A DNA stretch of 63,977 bases, filler included, from Octopus bimaculoides (GCF_001194135.2; 10 parts of 8 records of this genome joined end to end with filler, not necessarily neighbours in it), one strand, 5' to 3'. Shown: positions 1 through 13,189, counted from the first letter of the whole stretch. Made by a program: numbers and translations. Notes: generated by a model from the letters alone, not told the origin.

Positions 1-690
1 CAAAAGATACAAGGTGGCAGGTAAGGCTATATGAGTGCTGTGGAAGGACCGTAGTTAAACTCTCGGTTCGATGGTTCGATAATTATACGAGTGCGGAATT
101 TAATGCGGGTCTTGAATGGGCATGTATATGTTAAATAAAATGAGACGACAAAGCCAAGGATGTGTGGATATTTCAGGCCATTTATAGCTGTTTCTGGGAT
201 ATTAGGGATATCCCTTCATCAGAGACGATATGTGATGGTTAGATAGAAGGAAATAGTAGAGTTCAATATAAGGAATTATTTTGGAAAAGGATGGAAATAA
301 GAAGTATAAAAGGAAATAAGAGTATAAAAGTAAAAATAAAAATATATCTAGGATATCATAGTTGCATTTCCATTATCCGAGGGAAGTGGTGTGTAGAATG
401 GGTAAAAAGGGTTCTTGTCCATGGTATGTAAATTCCGATAGGATTTCATATTTTGTGATTACAAATGGTAAGTGTGGAGACGTAGATTCCATGTGCTGTT
501 CATTCAAAGGTATCTTGTTAAAAGTGGGAGAACGGCCAAAGGAAATAGGTGAAGAATGAAGAAGGAAAGATAGAGGAAGAGAAAATGCAAAAATGATAAA
601 GGAGTGTTAGTTGGTGGCCAAGATATTATAAGGGGGTGGGTGCGTGGGAGAGGAGTAGGGAGGGATAGGAAGAGAGATAAGAATGTAAAG
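1..690 (-). mobile_element. Probable decayed Penelope-like element 3' region/pseudo-LTR
   Basis: The minus strand carries a CTGATGA-stem-GAAAC hammerhead-like motif typical of Penelope-like LTRs. No recognisable ORF remains. Confidence 0.35.
183..227 (-). ncRNA. Degenerate minimal type I hammerhead ribozyme motif
   Basis: Minus strand reads GTCT-CTGATGA-A-GGGATAT-CCCTA-ATATCCC-A-GAAA-CAGCT-ATA. Core and 7-bp stem II are present; the 3' strand of stem I is missing. Confidence 0.35.
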
Positions 691-693
691 GAT

Positions 694-921
694 TTAAGGC
701 GGCGAGCTGGCAGAAACGTTAGCACGCCGGGCGAAATACTTAGCGGTATTTCGTCTGCCGCTAGGTTCTGAGTTCAAATTCAGCTGAGGTCGACTTTGCC
801 TTTCATCCTTTCGGGGTCGATTAAATAAGTACCAGTTACGCACTGGGATCGATATAATCTGTTTGTCTGTCCTTGTTCGTCCTCTCTGTGTGTAGCCTCT
901 TGTGGGCGGTAAAGAAATAAA
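694..921 (+). mobile_element. tRNA-derived SINE, GGCGGCGAGCTGGCAGAA family (tail type A)
   Basis: Head GGCGGCGAGCTGGCAGAAACGTTAGC, B-box-like GTTCAAATT, central GTCGACTTTGCCTTTCATCCTTTCGGGGTCGA. Flanked by the direct repeat AATGTAAAGGAT (682-693, 922-933). Confidence 0.9.
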
Positions 922-974
922 AATGTAAAGGATGAATATGTGTTAGGAGTGGGAGGCGGGTGATGTGTTTGAAA

Positions 975-1147
975 GGCACAAAGTTGGGGCGAAAGAGTAC
1001 AACAGGGGTCGCCACCCTCACCCACCCTGCGGAGCCTCTTGGAGCTTTAGGTGTTTTGGCTCAATAAACATACACAACGTACGGTCTGGGAATCGAAACC
1101 ACGACCGCAAGTCCGCTGTTCTAACCACTGGGCCATTGCGCCTCCAC
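975..1147 (-). mobile_element. tRNA-derived SINE (GGAGGCGCAATGGCCCAGTGG family), 5' part
   Basis: Reverse complement of the head of the full copy at 14578-14955. Confidence 0.85.
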
Positions 1148-1249
1148 GTATATACATAAAAATGTATACATATACGTATGTATTTATATATCAATTATAT
1201 TAGCAATAGTAATCGTGATGATGATAAATAATAATAATAATCTACTGTG

Positions 1250-1450
1250 TTTGTTTTGGAAAAGATAGGCTATTACGATATCATAGACGGTTAGGCTAGG
1301 CTACTAGGCTACATTTACGTGAGCTCTGATGTATAATTTTGTCCAACAGTCCCGAGTTTTGAGCCTACATTGAGTGCACTGGACGCAGGGTGAATTTTTA
1401 AGCCTTTTGGGTAAAAATAAGGTACGTCTTATAGGCCATCAAATACGGTA
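1250..1450. mobile_element. Tc1/pogo-superfamily DNA transposon end (TIR remnant)
   Basis: 1421-1450 GGTACGTCTTATAGGCCATCAAATACGGTA resembles the reverse complement of the TACCGTATTTTTCGGACTATAAGACGCACC-type TIR and ends in TA. Confidence 0.45.
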
Positions 1451-2337
1451 CATATATACACACACATGCGTGTTTATATATGTGTTTATATGAGTATATA
1501 ACTGTATATGCATATATGTGTACATTTCTCTGTATTTACATAGAATGTTGGCACGTATATTTATATATTATATGTGTATGCGTCTATAAATACTTCTGGT
1601 TGTTATCAAAACAGTAGTGTTACTCATTTACTAAGAAATATGACAGGTATGAGTTGAAATTTATAGAGTTATTGAAACTAGTGGTGATAATATTATTCAG
1701 ATTTTCTGAAAAGATATATGAAAGCGATGAAAACATAGAAATATCGGGTAACAGACTCTTGAATTTTTTTCTTTTGTTTTGCTTTGAGAAAGAAAAGGTA
1801 GTAAAATTACCAAGATTTAACAAATGTTTGGGAAATAAACCCGCTTGCGTTTGACTTAAAATAAAGTTCAGTAACTTTAACATCATCTTATTAACTTTAA
1901 CATCATCGTATTGCAATTATTTTTGCTTTTTTGTATCGTATGTAGCTTTCATGGATTTTGTCTCCTTGATGTTAAAATCAATATCAAGATTCTTTAAATC
2001 CCCGACGTAATTGAAAAGTTTCGATTCAATTTACATATCTATTTACGTGATAGATAGATAGTAGATGACTGCAATGTCTTTGTTTACATTTACCTCCTAT
2101 TATACTTCTATTGTGTCTTGACTATAGGCCATCATGCAGTGCTGGCGGTGATCTTGGATTCGTGTAAGAACTGTAAGATCGATTCTGATTTATGAGTAGT
2201 ATGAGAGAAAACATTAAGCTTTCTACATGTACAAGACATTTCAATGAATTTTAATCTCTCTGAATTATTAGATTTTTTATACTAGTATTGTAACGCTAAC
2301 TCAGTAAAAGATTTCCTGTGTTAAGTTTCTTGTGGAA

Positions 2338-3365
2338 GAGCTGGCCTGGGTAACACTTCAACACCTCACTGTAATAAGGTGCAAAGAAAGGACAGGAGGA
2401 TACTGATCCAGAACGAGGTGCGAGCTTCGATTGAGAATGAAAGAGCTAGCAAGTGTGTTGGATTGAGATGTCAGGAAGGCTGATTATGACGAAACCGAGC
2501 AGTGGTACGCTACGTTTCATGTTCTGATAAAATTCATATTTCAGGCAGTTTCTGATGTCTTTAGAGTCAAATTGTTGGTGAAAGCTATAGTCACTATCTT
2601 GCCCCTTATGCCCGAGGAGAGAATCTCTGGAGCATAATATCAGTAGCTGTTCAAAAGACCTGGAAGAGAGACGCTACCATTAGAGGCAGGACCAACCGTG
2701 GACCATCATAGCAGACACCATCCAATGTGTGATTATTCACTGCAAGCATGTCCTCCAAACAACTTCATCACCGCTGTCAAAGCATGCGAGAAGAAATCCG
2801 CTGCTTGGTCTGCACTGCACGATCTGCCCTACAAGGTTTGCCCTGCTAGCTTTGCCCATTCCATCCTACTTGCCACATCGTTAACTTAGGTGATAGTGTT
2901 GATCTCAAAAGCAAGCAAGCACGTAGATTTGTTAGAACTCTCCGTTCACTGGCAGGACCGAATCACGGAGGCTAACAAGCGGAAGGGGAAATATACTGAG
3001 CTACTGGAGAGACGCCAAAGCAATGGGTGGCAAGCAAATTGCAATCTCATCGAGGTTGCATGCAAGGGATCTGCAAGTTACTTTCTCTACAGAGCTTTTA
3101 ATAGTGGGCCAGTAGGCAAAAATTCATCAGGTTGGCTGTGGAGGCAGCTGTGGTTGTTTCAAGGTGGCTGTGAATCAGGAAGTGCAAGCCCTGGGAGGAG
3201 CAGTGCAAACAGGATTAGTGCTAACTTGAAACAATCTGAGGCGTATCAACCCCGGGTCAGTCACCTAGGTAACTGTGTCTGATGTTGAAAGTTTCAAAAC
3301 AACTTGACATCACATCAGGATACATCACTGATGATGTATCCAGGTTTATCACAGGATGATGCATG
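2338..3365 (+). mobile_element. Decayed HERO-like RLE non-LTR retrotransposon, 3' portion
   Basis: Frameshifted translation gives GLGNTSTPH..ILIQNEVRASIENER.., IKFIFQAVSDV and VLISKASKHVDLLELSVHWQDRITEANKRK.KYTELLE..SNGWQANCNLIEVACKG. This matches the RLE-domain pattern PDxVL..LLELTVPWEDR..EANERK..KY..IEVGCRG. Confidence 0.8.
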
Positions 3366-3407
3366 GAAAAGAAAATGTATACCTGTATGTGTGCGGCTGT
3401 GTGTACA

Positions 3408-3477
<70 letters not shown>
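3408..3477. repeat. (TATC)n microsatellite
   Basis: Direct reading. Confidence 0.95.
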
Positions 3478-3724
3478 CCTCCCCCCACATATATACATTC
3501 ACACAAGTACATTGGAAATTATTCATTTCAGAGATTTGCGAATAGAAATGATTCGAAGTCTCGTTTTGTGAGATTCTCAGTCCCAAATTCTATTCGAAGT
3601 CATGATAAAAGAAAAGTATTTCAATTCTTCAAATTTATGCATAAATATTGGATTTTCCCCTAATATATATATATATATATNNNNNNNNNNNNNNNNNNNN
3701 NNNNNNNNNNNNNNNNNNNNNNNN

Positions 3725-3736
3725 TTAATTAATTAA
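3725..3736. other. Assembly gap linker TTAATTAATTAA (artefact)
   Basis: Centred in 44N+12+44N gaps; also at about 7923, 23255, 26004, 47018, 50135, 57382, 59469 and 62628. Confidence 0.9.
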
Positions 3737-3780
3737 NNNNNNNNNNNNNNNNNNNNNNNNNNNNNNNNNNNNNNNNNNNN

Positions 3781-3812
<32 letters not shown>

Positions 3813-3855
3813 TATATTTATATATATTTACGGGGGGGTGTATATATTAATAGAC

Positions 3856-3901
<46 letters not shown>

Positions 3902-3906
3902 GTAGA

Positions 3907-3940
<34 letters not shown>

Positions 3941-4233
3941 CATACGTACATACATTCATACATACATGCATACATATATACTTTGAAAAGTATATATAGA
4001 ATAAACAAATATTTAGACAGGGACGTCGAGATATGTTTACAGATATTCTGAAACAGACGAATGTACACATATATATATACACTAAAATAGAATACATACA
4101 AAAATATACCAAATATCAAAGGCGCAGACACTCGCAGACATACATTATTAGAGACAGCCAAAAGCATATACACACAACTATAATCACGTACATGTGAATG
4201 CAAATTGCTTTTCACAGAATAATGTGTGTGAGT

Positions 4234-4301
<68 letters not shown>

Positions 4302-5642
4302 NNNNNNNNNNNNNNNNNNNNNNNNNNNNNNNNNNNNNNNNNNNNNNNNNNNNNNNNNNNNNNNNNNNNNNNNNNNNNNNNNNNNNNNNNNNNNNNNNNN
4401 NNNNNNNNNNNNNNNNNNNNNNNNNNNNNNNNNNNNNNNNNNNNNNNNNNNNNNNNNNNNNNNNNNNNNNNNNNNNNNNNNNNNNNNNNNNNNNNNNNNN
4501 NNNNNNNNNNNNNNNNNNNNNNNNNNNNNNNNNNNNNNNNNNNNNNNNNNNNNNNNNNNNNNNNNNNNNNNNNNNNNNNNNNNNNNNNNNNNNNNNNNNN
4601 NNNNNNNNNNNNNNNNNNNNNNNNNNNNNNNNNNNNNNNNNNNNNNNNNNNNNNNNNNNNNNNNNNNNNNNNNNNNNNNNNNNNNNNNNNNNNNNNNNNN
4701 NNNNNNNNNNNNNNNNNNNNNNNNNNNNNNNNNNNNNNNNNNNNNNNNNNNNNNNNNNNNNNNNNNNNNNNNNNNNNNNNNNNNNNNNNNNNNNNNNNNN
4801 NNNNNNNNNNNNNNNNNNNNNNNNNNNNNNNNNNNNNNNNNNNNNNNNNNNNNNNNNNNTTTACAGATATGAAAACAAAAAAATTACAAATACACAGCAC
4901 AATAAACTGAACAATCATGCTAATAAAAATGCAGAATATATCTTGATAAATAAATATAATGTTGCTGTCATATCCATGTTATATACATTTTATACGCATG
5001 TAATACGCAAGCAATACGACGGAAACATAAATATCGCAGATTTCATACCAATATATTATGTATTAAATATAATATTTAGTTACCTGTATATAATGTCCAA
5101 ACTATTATTCAATGTACAACCTTTATACGCATATATATAATCCCATACATACTCATACGCACACACGCACCGCCATATATGTGTGTGTTTGTGCTTAAGG
5201 GAGATAATCATTTCTTCAGTAGTATTCGGCGGGATTAGAAGTTTAACATGAAGGAATTAGAAGGTAAGTGCATAGACCATACGGATTTAATCTTTACTTT
5301 ATTATTTATATTCTTCCCTGCGTATTATGAAGGTCTTAGATTTTCTTCCCAGTGGTAAACATGTACTGCTTCATTTGATTCTCTTTAGATATCATCAGCT
5401 TAAACATAACCTGACATATATAAATTAAAGATTTAATGATTCGTCACTTCTCTTATACTTTGAAACTAAATTATGTCTGGAAGAAATTCACGGACTGTGT
5501 GCTTTTCTTTTCCTTCCTTTTTCCTCTATTTCCTCATCGAGCGTTAGTTATTTACCAATCGGGAGAGAAAAGGAAGTTCATGGTCTCTATATACAGAGTG
5601 AATGTTTCCAGACAGTTCTACCTTACAGAGTGTTCTTATAAT

Positions 5643-5996
5643 ACTCTTTTACTCTTTTACTTGTTTCATTCATTTGACTGCGGTCATGCTGGAGCACCAC
5701 CTTTAGTCGAGCAAATCGACCCAAGCACTTATTCTTTGTAAGCCTAGTACTTATTCTATCTATCTCTTTTGCCGAACCGCTAACTTACGGGGACGAAAAC
5801 ACACCAGCATCGGTTGTCAAGCGATGTTGGGGGGACAAACACAGACACACAAACACNNNNNNNNNNNNNNNNNNNNNCTTTGGTCGGCCCGAGGCTATAG
5901 TAGAAGACATTTGCCCAACGTGCCATGCAGTGGGACTGAACCCGGAACCATGTGGTTGGTAAGCAAGCTACTTACGACACAGCCACTCCTGCGCCT
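5643..5996 (-). mobile_element. CORE-type tRNA-derived SINE, near full length
   Basis: Minus strand: head ..GTGTCGTAAGTAGCTTGCTTACCAACCACATGGTTCCGGGTTCAGTCCCACTGC, CORE-like GGCACGTTGGGCAAATGTCTTCTACTATAGCCTC, tail GCTCCAGCATGACCGCAGTC..GAAACAAGTAAAAGAG. Confidence 0.85.
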
Positions 5997-6884
5997 ATAA
6001 TAGTAAATATTTTATTGTAATCAACAAACGAAATTTACGAGTCTTTCGGTAGTAGGTATTGGATTCAAGCCGCTATTTCGTAGTAGCAATCCATTGTTAT
6101 TTAGTGCAAACAACTTCTCTTTGAAAATATAACGCCTCAACCATTCATCAACAGTCAGAGTGACAAAGAAATGAGGAAGGTATCAGGTGGTCATGAGATG
6201 CGCAAAAAATAACAGCTAAATCGCCCTTATATCATACAGTAAAAATTATGGTTTGTTTCATAATCTTAGGAATTCTCGTATGTAAAATACAAATTCGCAA
6301 ACATTTTCTCAAAATTCCACGAAATAAAAACGGTATGAGGAGTTATATGGAGTACTTAAACCAGAATTCTGCTGCTGAACCTTATACTTGGAAGCAAACG
6401 TTGCAAGATAAAGACAGTCTTAAGTAGAAAAGATGTGTACGGAGAGCAGCCGAGCGGAGGGGCGGCAAGCTGCTTCTAGGTAAAGGAAACTTGCCGCCCA
6501 GTGTAGAGCAGGAGGACCAAAAGCTAAATCTAAAACTATTTGAATCATAACTTCCTCCTTCAGAAATAGAAAAGAATAATGAACCAATTTGTTCAACTAT
6601 GACTGGGTATTCAAAGAAAGCGCTGCTGTACTCGATATCCAACAGAAAATTCTTGAAAGATGAAAGCTATGAATAAATGAAAGCAAATCCTATGAACTAT
6701 ATAATTCTGAAAATTCTAATACTTATGAATTTTAACAAGGTTGTTGACAATTTAAGTATAAGATCAGAGAAATTTTTTAAAAAATAGACATTTGTCGAGG
6801 TTCCTTTTAACTAATTGAAAATATACACGACAACCGAGCTAAATGGATCTACCATACAGCCACATACCATGAACATATTCATAT

Positions 6885-6886
<2 letters not shown>

Positions 6887-6961
<75 letters not shown>

Positions 6962-7010
6962 TATGTGTATACGGTGTGTATGTATGTGTGTGTGTGTGTG
7001 TGTGTGTGTG
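6887..7010. repeat. (GT)n microsatellite
   Basis: Direct reading. Confidence 0.95.
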
Positions 7011-7046
7011 AATATGTGGGGGATATTTGTGTATGTGTGTGAAAAT

Positions 7047-7295
7047 GCATAGCCAACGGTTAGAGGATTGCATTGGCGATTACAAAATCGTGGCTTCGAT
7101 ACCTAGACCGGCGAAATGTTGTCTTCTCGAGGAATGGTTTTTAAGGTTATTTCACATTCCTCCAGTCCATTCAGCTATAAATAGGTCGGCCTACGATGGA
7201 CTGGCTTTCCATTCAGAAGGAAGGTTGCCCCGCCCGCACAGTCCTCGCGTTAGTATCATTCGGAGGCACAAAAATGCGAAGAAGTGCAATGTGAT
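7047..7295 (+). mobile_element. Divergent tRNA-derived SINE
   Basis: A-box-like TAGCCAACGGTTAG, B-box-like GCTTCGATACC, then CTCCAGTCCATTCAGCT and CCTACGATGGACTGGC blocks seen in CORE/V-type SINEs. Confidence 0.55.
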
Positions 7296-7353
7296 ATACA
7301 TATATATATATATGTTTATACATATGCATGTATGTATGTATATATATATATGC

Positions 7354-7391
<38 letters not shown>

Positions 7392-8082
7392 ATATATATA
7401 CATACATATATATATATATTTGTATATATATATATATATATACATACATACACACATACATAAACACACATATGCACACATATACACACGCATACACACA
7501 CTATTACATATTGATTAATGCGTTTTAGCTTCTTTTCACAATTACCTAATTCACCATTTTCTTATCGAATTAAAGGGAAACAACTAACTTAAAAATAAGC
7601 GTAATACGACGAGCTACGGCGGTTTATACGGATTATTATCAGGGTTTCATACGTAAATAAGGATCCTTTATTTTTGTCTTATATTTCTTTCAGTCATTGG
7701 ATTTCGGCCATACTAAGGCACCACTTTGAAGGCTTTAGTTGAATAAATTGTCACCATACATACTTATTTTTATGTCTAGTGTTTATTGTATGAGACACTT
7801 CTGCCGAACCGCTTGTTGACTGGGAAATATTCAAAACTACATGAAAGGTGATTTTCCGTCTGTATACATTTGTTGTGCNNNNNNNNNNNNNNNNNNNNNN
7901 NNNNNNNNNNNNNNNNNNNNNNTTAATTAATTAANNNNNNNNNNNNNNNNNNNNNNNNNNNNNNNNNNNNNNNNNNNNTCAATCCAAACATGAACAAGCA
8001 AGAAAAAACAACGCGAGGACGTGGAATAAATACAGTGTTATTGGACGCTCAGGAAAGGAAAGAAAAGAAATGCATATATATG

Positions 8083-8114
<32 letters not shown>

Positions 8115-8274
8115 ATGTTTGTATATATATATGTTTGTATATATATGTATATATATAAATATATTTATATATATATATGTACATACATGCAAATATACAT
8201 AATATATATATGATGCGATTTTTTAAGACTATTCCTAACTCCTGCAAAAATACCGGTTTCAAATTTTGGCACAA

Positions 8275-8462
8275 GTCCAGCAGTTTCGTGGGGAGGAAAA
8301 TAAGTCGATTACATCGACCTCAGTGTCCGACCTGTTTTATCAACCCTGGAAGGATAAAAGACTAACGACCTCGGCGGCATTTGAACTCAGAACTTAAAGA
8401 CAGACGGAACGTCGTTAAGCATTTTGTCCGGCGTGATAACGATTTTGCCAGCTTTCTTCCTT
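8275..8462 (-). mobile_element. SINE, GGCGAGCTGGCAGAA family, degenerate
   Basis: GACCTCGGCGGCATTTGAACTCAGAAC..AAGCATTTTGTCCGGCGTG is the reverse complement of the family head. Confidence 0.8.
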
Positions 8463-11400
8463 ATCTTAAGTTCATGTGAAAGCATTATGACCAGTTTAAG
8501 CTGGTCTCTTGGTGTCATAAATATTACATGAATAAAAATTTAGAGTATCGACAAAAAGGTATAGGTGAAATAATTTTCTCCTCCTCCATAGATCCTAATG
8601 TGTAACCTTGATGCTTCTTCATTTCCTATTTCCTCAAAAGGGCTGACAAAGGATTCACTGCTAGGACGAACAACATTACAAATGGAGTGTTACTCTGCAA
8701 CATTCCAGTCGATAAAATATTTTCTGTTTGTGAACATAGTAACTGATTCAGTTTTTAGCTCTGTGGGCCCAGTTGTATTCAGTCTTTTAATGGCACTAAC
8801 TCAAGCAAATGGATCCTTGGTAAGGCATAATAACTCGAGTATTTCATGAGTGAAAAATAGAATCAGTTACTGAAATTTGGTCATGCTACTTCGTTTCCTT
8901 AAGAACAACTCTTTAATGAGCAGCTGCTCGGCACAGCTCAAAATTTCTTTCTTTCCTCCTACCTGCTTACCAATCAACACATCGTTTGCTTTGTAGTCAT
9001 CTTAGAGAAAAATGTTCAAGAAATCTGGGTACATTTATGCATGCTAAATGTACTCAGAGACACATATACCAAAAGACACATGCTGCCAAAAACTGTGAGC
9101 CTGCAGTTTTTGGCCTCATGCATCTCTTGGTTCTTAGGTACGAGTGTTGTCCGTGCAACTATCAATCAGTCTAGCACATCGAGTTCAAGATCCATTATTT
9201 TAAAACGTGAACTTCCTATACCAATAACCGACTGTTGGGCATGTCTATTGTAGTTTTCTTCCGGTTGTTTGCAATTGTCAGGCGAATTTCAATTATGATG
9301 TCACTTGTATCAGAAGTTAATATCGCTAAACCGTAATTTCTTACGGAAACAAAGCTTTTGACTGTTCGTGTTTAATGGCAGTTAGCATACTTGTGAGAGT
9401 CTCTTACCATAGATTTTTGGATTGACTTGCAAAAAGTTGTGGCTAGTGAATTGACAATTCATTATTCATTTTGTATCTAACAGATTTTGTATCCAACAGA
9501 CCAAATGTTTGATGTCTGCGACGATGTGTTTAGGAGAGGAAAAGTCTGTTTAAGTTGTGTTCTCAAACAATCTCTGAGGCTCTCATCGACTGCAAATTAT
9601 AACGAGATAATAGATTTCTCTGCAGACTCCTTTCATAATCGTTCTTTCATTGGATAGGCTTGAGGTAAACAGTGAAGCATTCTTTAAAAGTAGAGGAATA
9701 TCGTCTTCCTGCGTACTGGTCCAATTTCCATCGGAGGGGAGGTGCGCGCACACACACACACACGCACGCACGCACACACTCCAGTCACTCACACTCAAAC
9801 ACTTATATGACTTCGCTTATAACATACATACAAACATACATACATAACACACATGTCTAAGCGTGCTGCTATATGTCTGAGTGTGTATACATACATAAAA
9901 CAAACGATGAAGATCTGCACATGCAATAACTCCAAATACTTGCACATATACACACAAACGTGCACGATCATCCCGTTTATGTTGTCGATATTCCAATGAA
10001 GGAGCCTTGGATTGAACAGCAGAATCCGACTCTCTCCATCAGCAAGAAATCTAGAAACAGAAGTGAATACTAACACACATACATATAGATCATGGGCTAG
10101 TGGCGGGGAGTCATGGTTCTCCCACCCTTTGTGATTTACTTTAATGGGTATTTTCATGTAGCCTTGGTTCTAACAAGTCAGAAAATTGATGTTGCCAGCA
10201 AAAAAAAAAAAAAAAAATACTGGAATGGAAGATACCCCAGCATGGACTTTTTGACTACGCCCACTTTTACAGCTGGAGGTAAAAAAATTAGGGGTATGGA
10301 GAATTCAAACAGCTCTAACTTTGCAACTCTTCGCAAAATCTTTTCAAATGACCACATAGAATGACTGCAAGATTTCCAAGTTAATGCAAATGATAAGCAA
10401 ATTTATTCTGTAAAAAGGGCGCCAGAAGTCAAAAGGTCACGAATTTGACTTTTACCTATAATATCTCGCATTCAGTTTTTATTTTTCATCAGGACCATAT
10501 AACGTTTTTTCTTTGTTTATTGAAAATTAAAATCAAAACGAAGGTTTACATGTGTAAAAAAAAATTGAAAAGAAGTAGCGTTTATCCCGTGGAATGTGAG
10601 ATATTTCTGCACTTTTACAAACGGTTTTGTACGTATTACTGAATGTGTCGAATAGAAAGAAGTAAGGCAAAATCTAGCAAGTGGTACTTTGGAATCTTTC
10701 CTTGAACCATTACAAATGATTGGTCTTAAAAAGTATTCATATTTTGTAAACAATCGAGGAATGATTATTGACCGCACGAGGAATATGGCTGTCAATGCTG
10801 TCTATCTCCAATGTTTCCAATGACAAATACACGAATGCTAGAAGTATCTCGAAATCGATAAGAATGTGGCATACGTTGGTGTTGTGAGTAACGTTAAGGC
10901 GATAAAGGGGTCTGCATTCAGTAAAACTATATCCCATAATTTTTGTGGAGCCAATGATAGAACGAACATTTACGATACTAGACTGCGTGCTTGAACAAGT
11001 CTGTAACTCGGACATCAAGACTTAGAAAGTTATTAACTCCTAGGGGTAACTTCTACATCAACATGGACACTGGCAGGGACTATGTAAGAAGAAATAATTA
11101 AGGCAGAAGTATAAAGTTCTTTGAGTGCTACATTGTATCACTCAGACAAAAGTTGTTGAACAGTAAACGGATATCACATGTGTACTCAACAATCAAAATA
11201 CCAGCATTTTGAGATTCAGTAAGAACTCTTGAATAGGTACTCTGAAGATTTTCTCTTCCAATTTTACAGAATTATTACACCTATTACTCCTCAGCCAAGA
11301 TAGCTCTGTACTAATTGCTCCTGCAGGCTGTAATTCCATTTGCCAACTCCCTACCCTGTAAACAGCTTCTGAGCACAAATCTTCCCCAATCATTTCAACC

Positions 11401-12006
11401 GCTTAAGCTGATTGGGGGTGGACAGGGTTTCTTGTGTCCTTGAAATAGAACATACCGTCACCAAATTTTTCAAATGTTTATCTCTTTACAGAGATTTATC
11501 CCAACCTTACGACACACGTGACAATGACTCATGGTAAATTAAGACAGCCTCTCTGATCGTGCTCACCACCAACCAATCATTGTCACTTGCAACATTTCAA
11601 AGGCGATAAAAAAGGTAAGTAATATATAATCACGCCATTTGTCATCTTTTTATTTTGATTTTACATTAATGACCTACTTGTTAATGGTATCGCCCTTTAT
11701 TTCTTCTTAGCTTTCCATGCACCGACGGCACCCAGCCGTAACCTAAATACCAGACATATCTACAGCATCTACAGACAGAAATCTCGAACATTATTATTAA
11801 CAATACAAAGGCGCAATATCAATAAATACCTAAACTGCCTTGCATCACACCTTAACTAAAACTCCCAACATAGCCAGAATGTTATGCCCCCAATACTGAT
11901 GATCTCATGCAGTGACCTCACATACATAAAAATAAAACCGCATTCCAAAGAACTGCGCCTCTTCTTCACAGTCAGAAAATACTTCAATATTGGTCAGGTT
12001 TAATTA

Positions 12007-12218
12007 AGACTGCGAGCTGGCAGAATCGTTATTAGGTCGGAAAAAATGCTTAGCGGCATTTCGTCTCTTTACGTTCTGAATTCAATTTCTGCCGAGGTCG
12101 ATTTTGCCTTTCATCCTTTTGGTGTCGTTAAAATAAGTACTAGTTGAACACCGAGACCAAAGTAATCCACCTAACTCCTCTTCCAAAATTGCTGGTCTTC
12201 TGCCAGAATTTTAAACCA
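12007..12218 (+). mobile_element. SINE, GGCGAGCTGGCAGAA family (tail type B)
   Basis: GCGAGCTGGCAGAATCGTTA..GAGGTCGATTTTGCCTTTCATCC..CCAAAATTGCTGGTCTT. Confidence 0.85.
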
Positions 12219-12489
12219 TCATCGATCAGTTGTCGACTCATTATAAAGTCAAATCACCCGCTCATGTTAGAAATAAGTAACTCATATTAGAACTCTGCTC
12301 ACATATCGAGGCTAATTCCCCCTTCATTCCTATACATACACGAGCGCCCAGACGTCCATCGAGCCACATACATACATACATACATACATACATACATACA
12401 TACATACATACATAAATACATACAGATAGGGAAACAAACAACAGACTTGACGTAGTGATTTGGGGATGAAGAGAAGTCATGTACAGTCA

Positions 12490-12760
12490 TAAAGTTTCCA
12501 TTCCAAAATCATCAAAAAGGAGGGCATCCAAGGGAAAAACTGCCTCGAAACTGCAACTCCTCAACTCGGATTATAAATTTATGTTTCTACCAGTAGTCAT
12601 TGAGGTAATCGGTTATATTTAGTAAACGTCTAACTGACAACTTGGAAAAGCTAGGATTTGCAAGCAAAGAGAGAGACAGCTAATACGAGCTTTACAAATA
12701 CAATCTATAAATGATACAGTAAAAATATGAAAGACTTCTTTGAAATTCGATATGCTGCAT
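12490..12760 (+). mobile_element. R4/Dong-like RLE LINE 3' end fragment
   Basis: Frameshifted translation RNCNSSTRII / LQLLNSDYKFMFLPVVIEVIGYISKRLTDNLEKLGF..LQIQSINDTVKI resembles the RLE C-terminus (IIPIVIGALG motif). Homologous to 13555-13865. Confidence 0.65.
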
Positions 12761-13189
12761 TTATCGTTGTTCTTGTTATACAAATTCCAATAATGAAGCT
12801 TTGGTTTCTTTCTCAGAAAGCAGATCCCTTCTTCCGCGAAGATTCTGATAAATAAAGTGATGACTTATATACATACATACATACATACATAGGTATGTAC
12901 ATACATAAACATGTGCGTACATACATAAACATGTGCGTACATACATAAACGTACGTATGTACATTCATACATACATGAATGCATATATACATTCAAACGT
13001 ATGCAGGTATGTACATACGTACGTACATACATACATACAAACGTACGTAAGTACGTACGTACATATATATCAACATACGTACCTACATACATACATACAT
13101 ACATGCATGCATACATACATATATACATACATGCATACATACATACATACATACATACAAACGTACGTACGTGCATGCATACATACATA

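Noticed and set aside
3725-3736. Recurrent TTAATTAATTAA motif
   Set aside because: Always centred in fixed 100-bp N blocks; a scaffolding linker with stops in all six frames, not biology.
4184-5140. Long ORF-track entries here and at 18184-19191, 24613-25521, 27777-28442, 37199-37769, 43570-44214, 58106-59111
   Set aside because: They are open only because they run through N-gaps and microsatellites.
6370-6680. Mostly open plus-strand frame beginning EPYTWKQ
   Set aside because: Contains stops, and the Copia-like resemblance rests on only a few residues.
7300-7445. Apparent palindromes in (TA)n tracts
   Set aside because: Self-complementarity is intrinsic to AT dinucleotide repeats.
8971-9000. 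In-frame micro-exon candidates: 8971-9000 (-), 36759-36782 (-), 11492-11533 (+), 32497-32532 (+)
   Set aside because: Plausible AG/GT boundaries and phase 1-1 frames, but too short to distinguish from chance in AT-rich DNA without RNA data.
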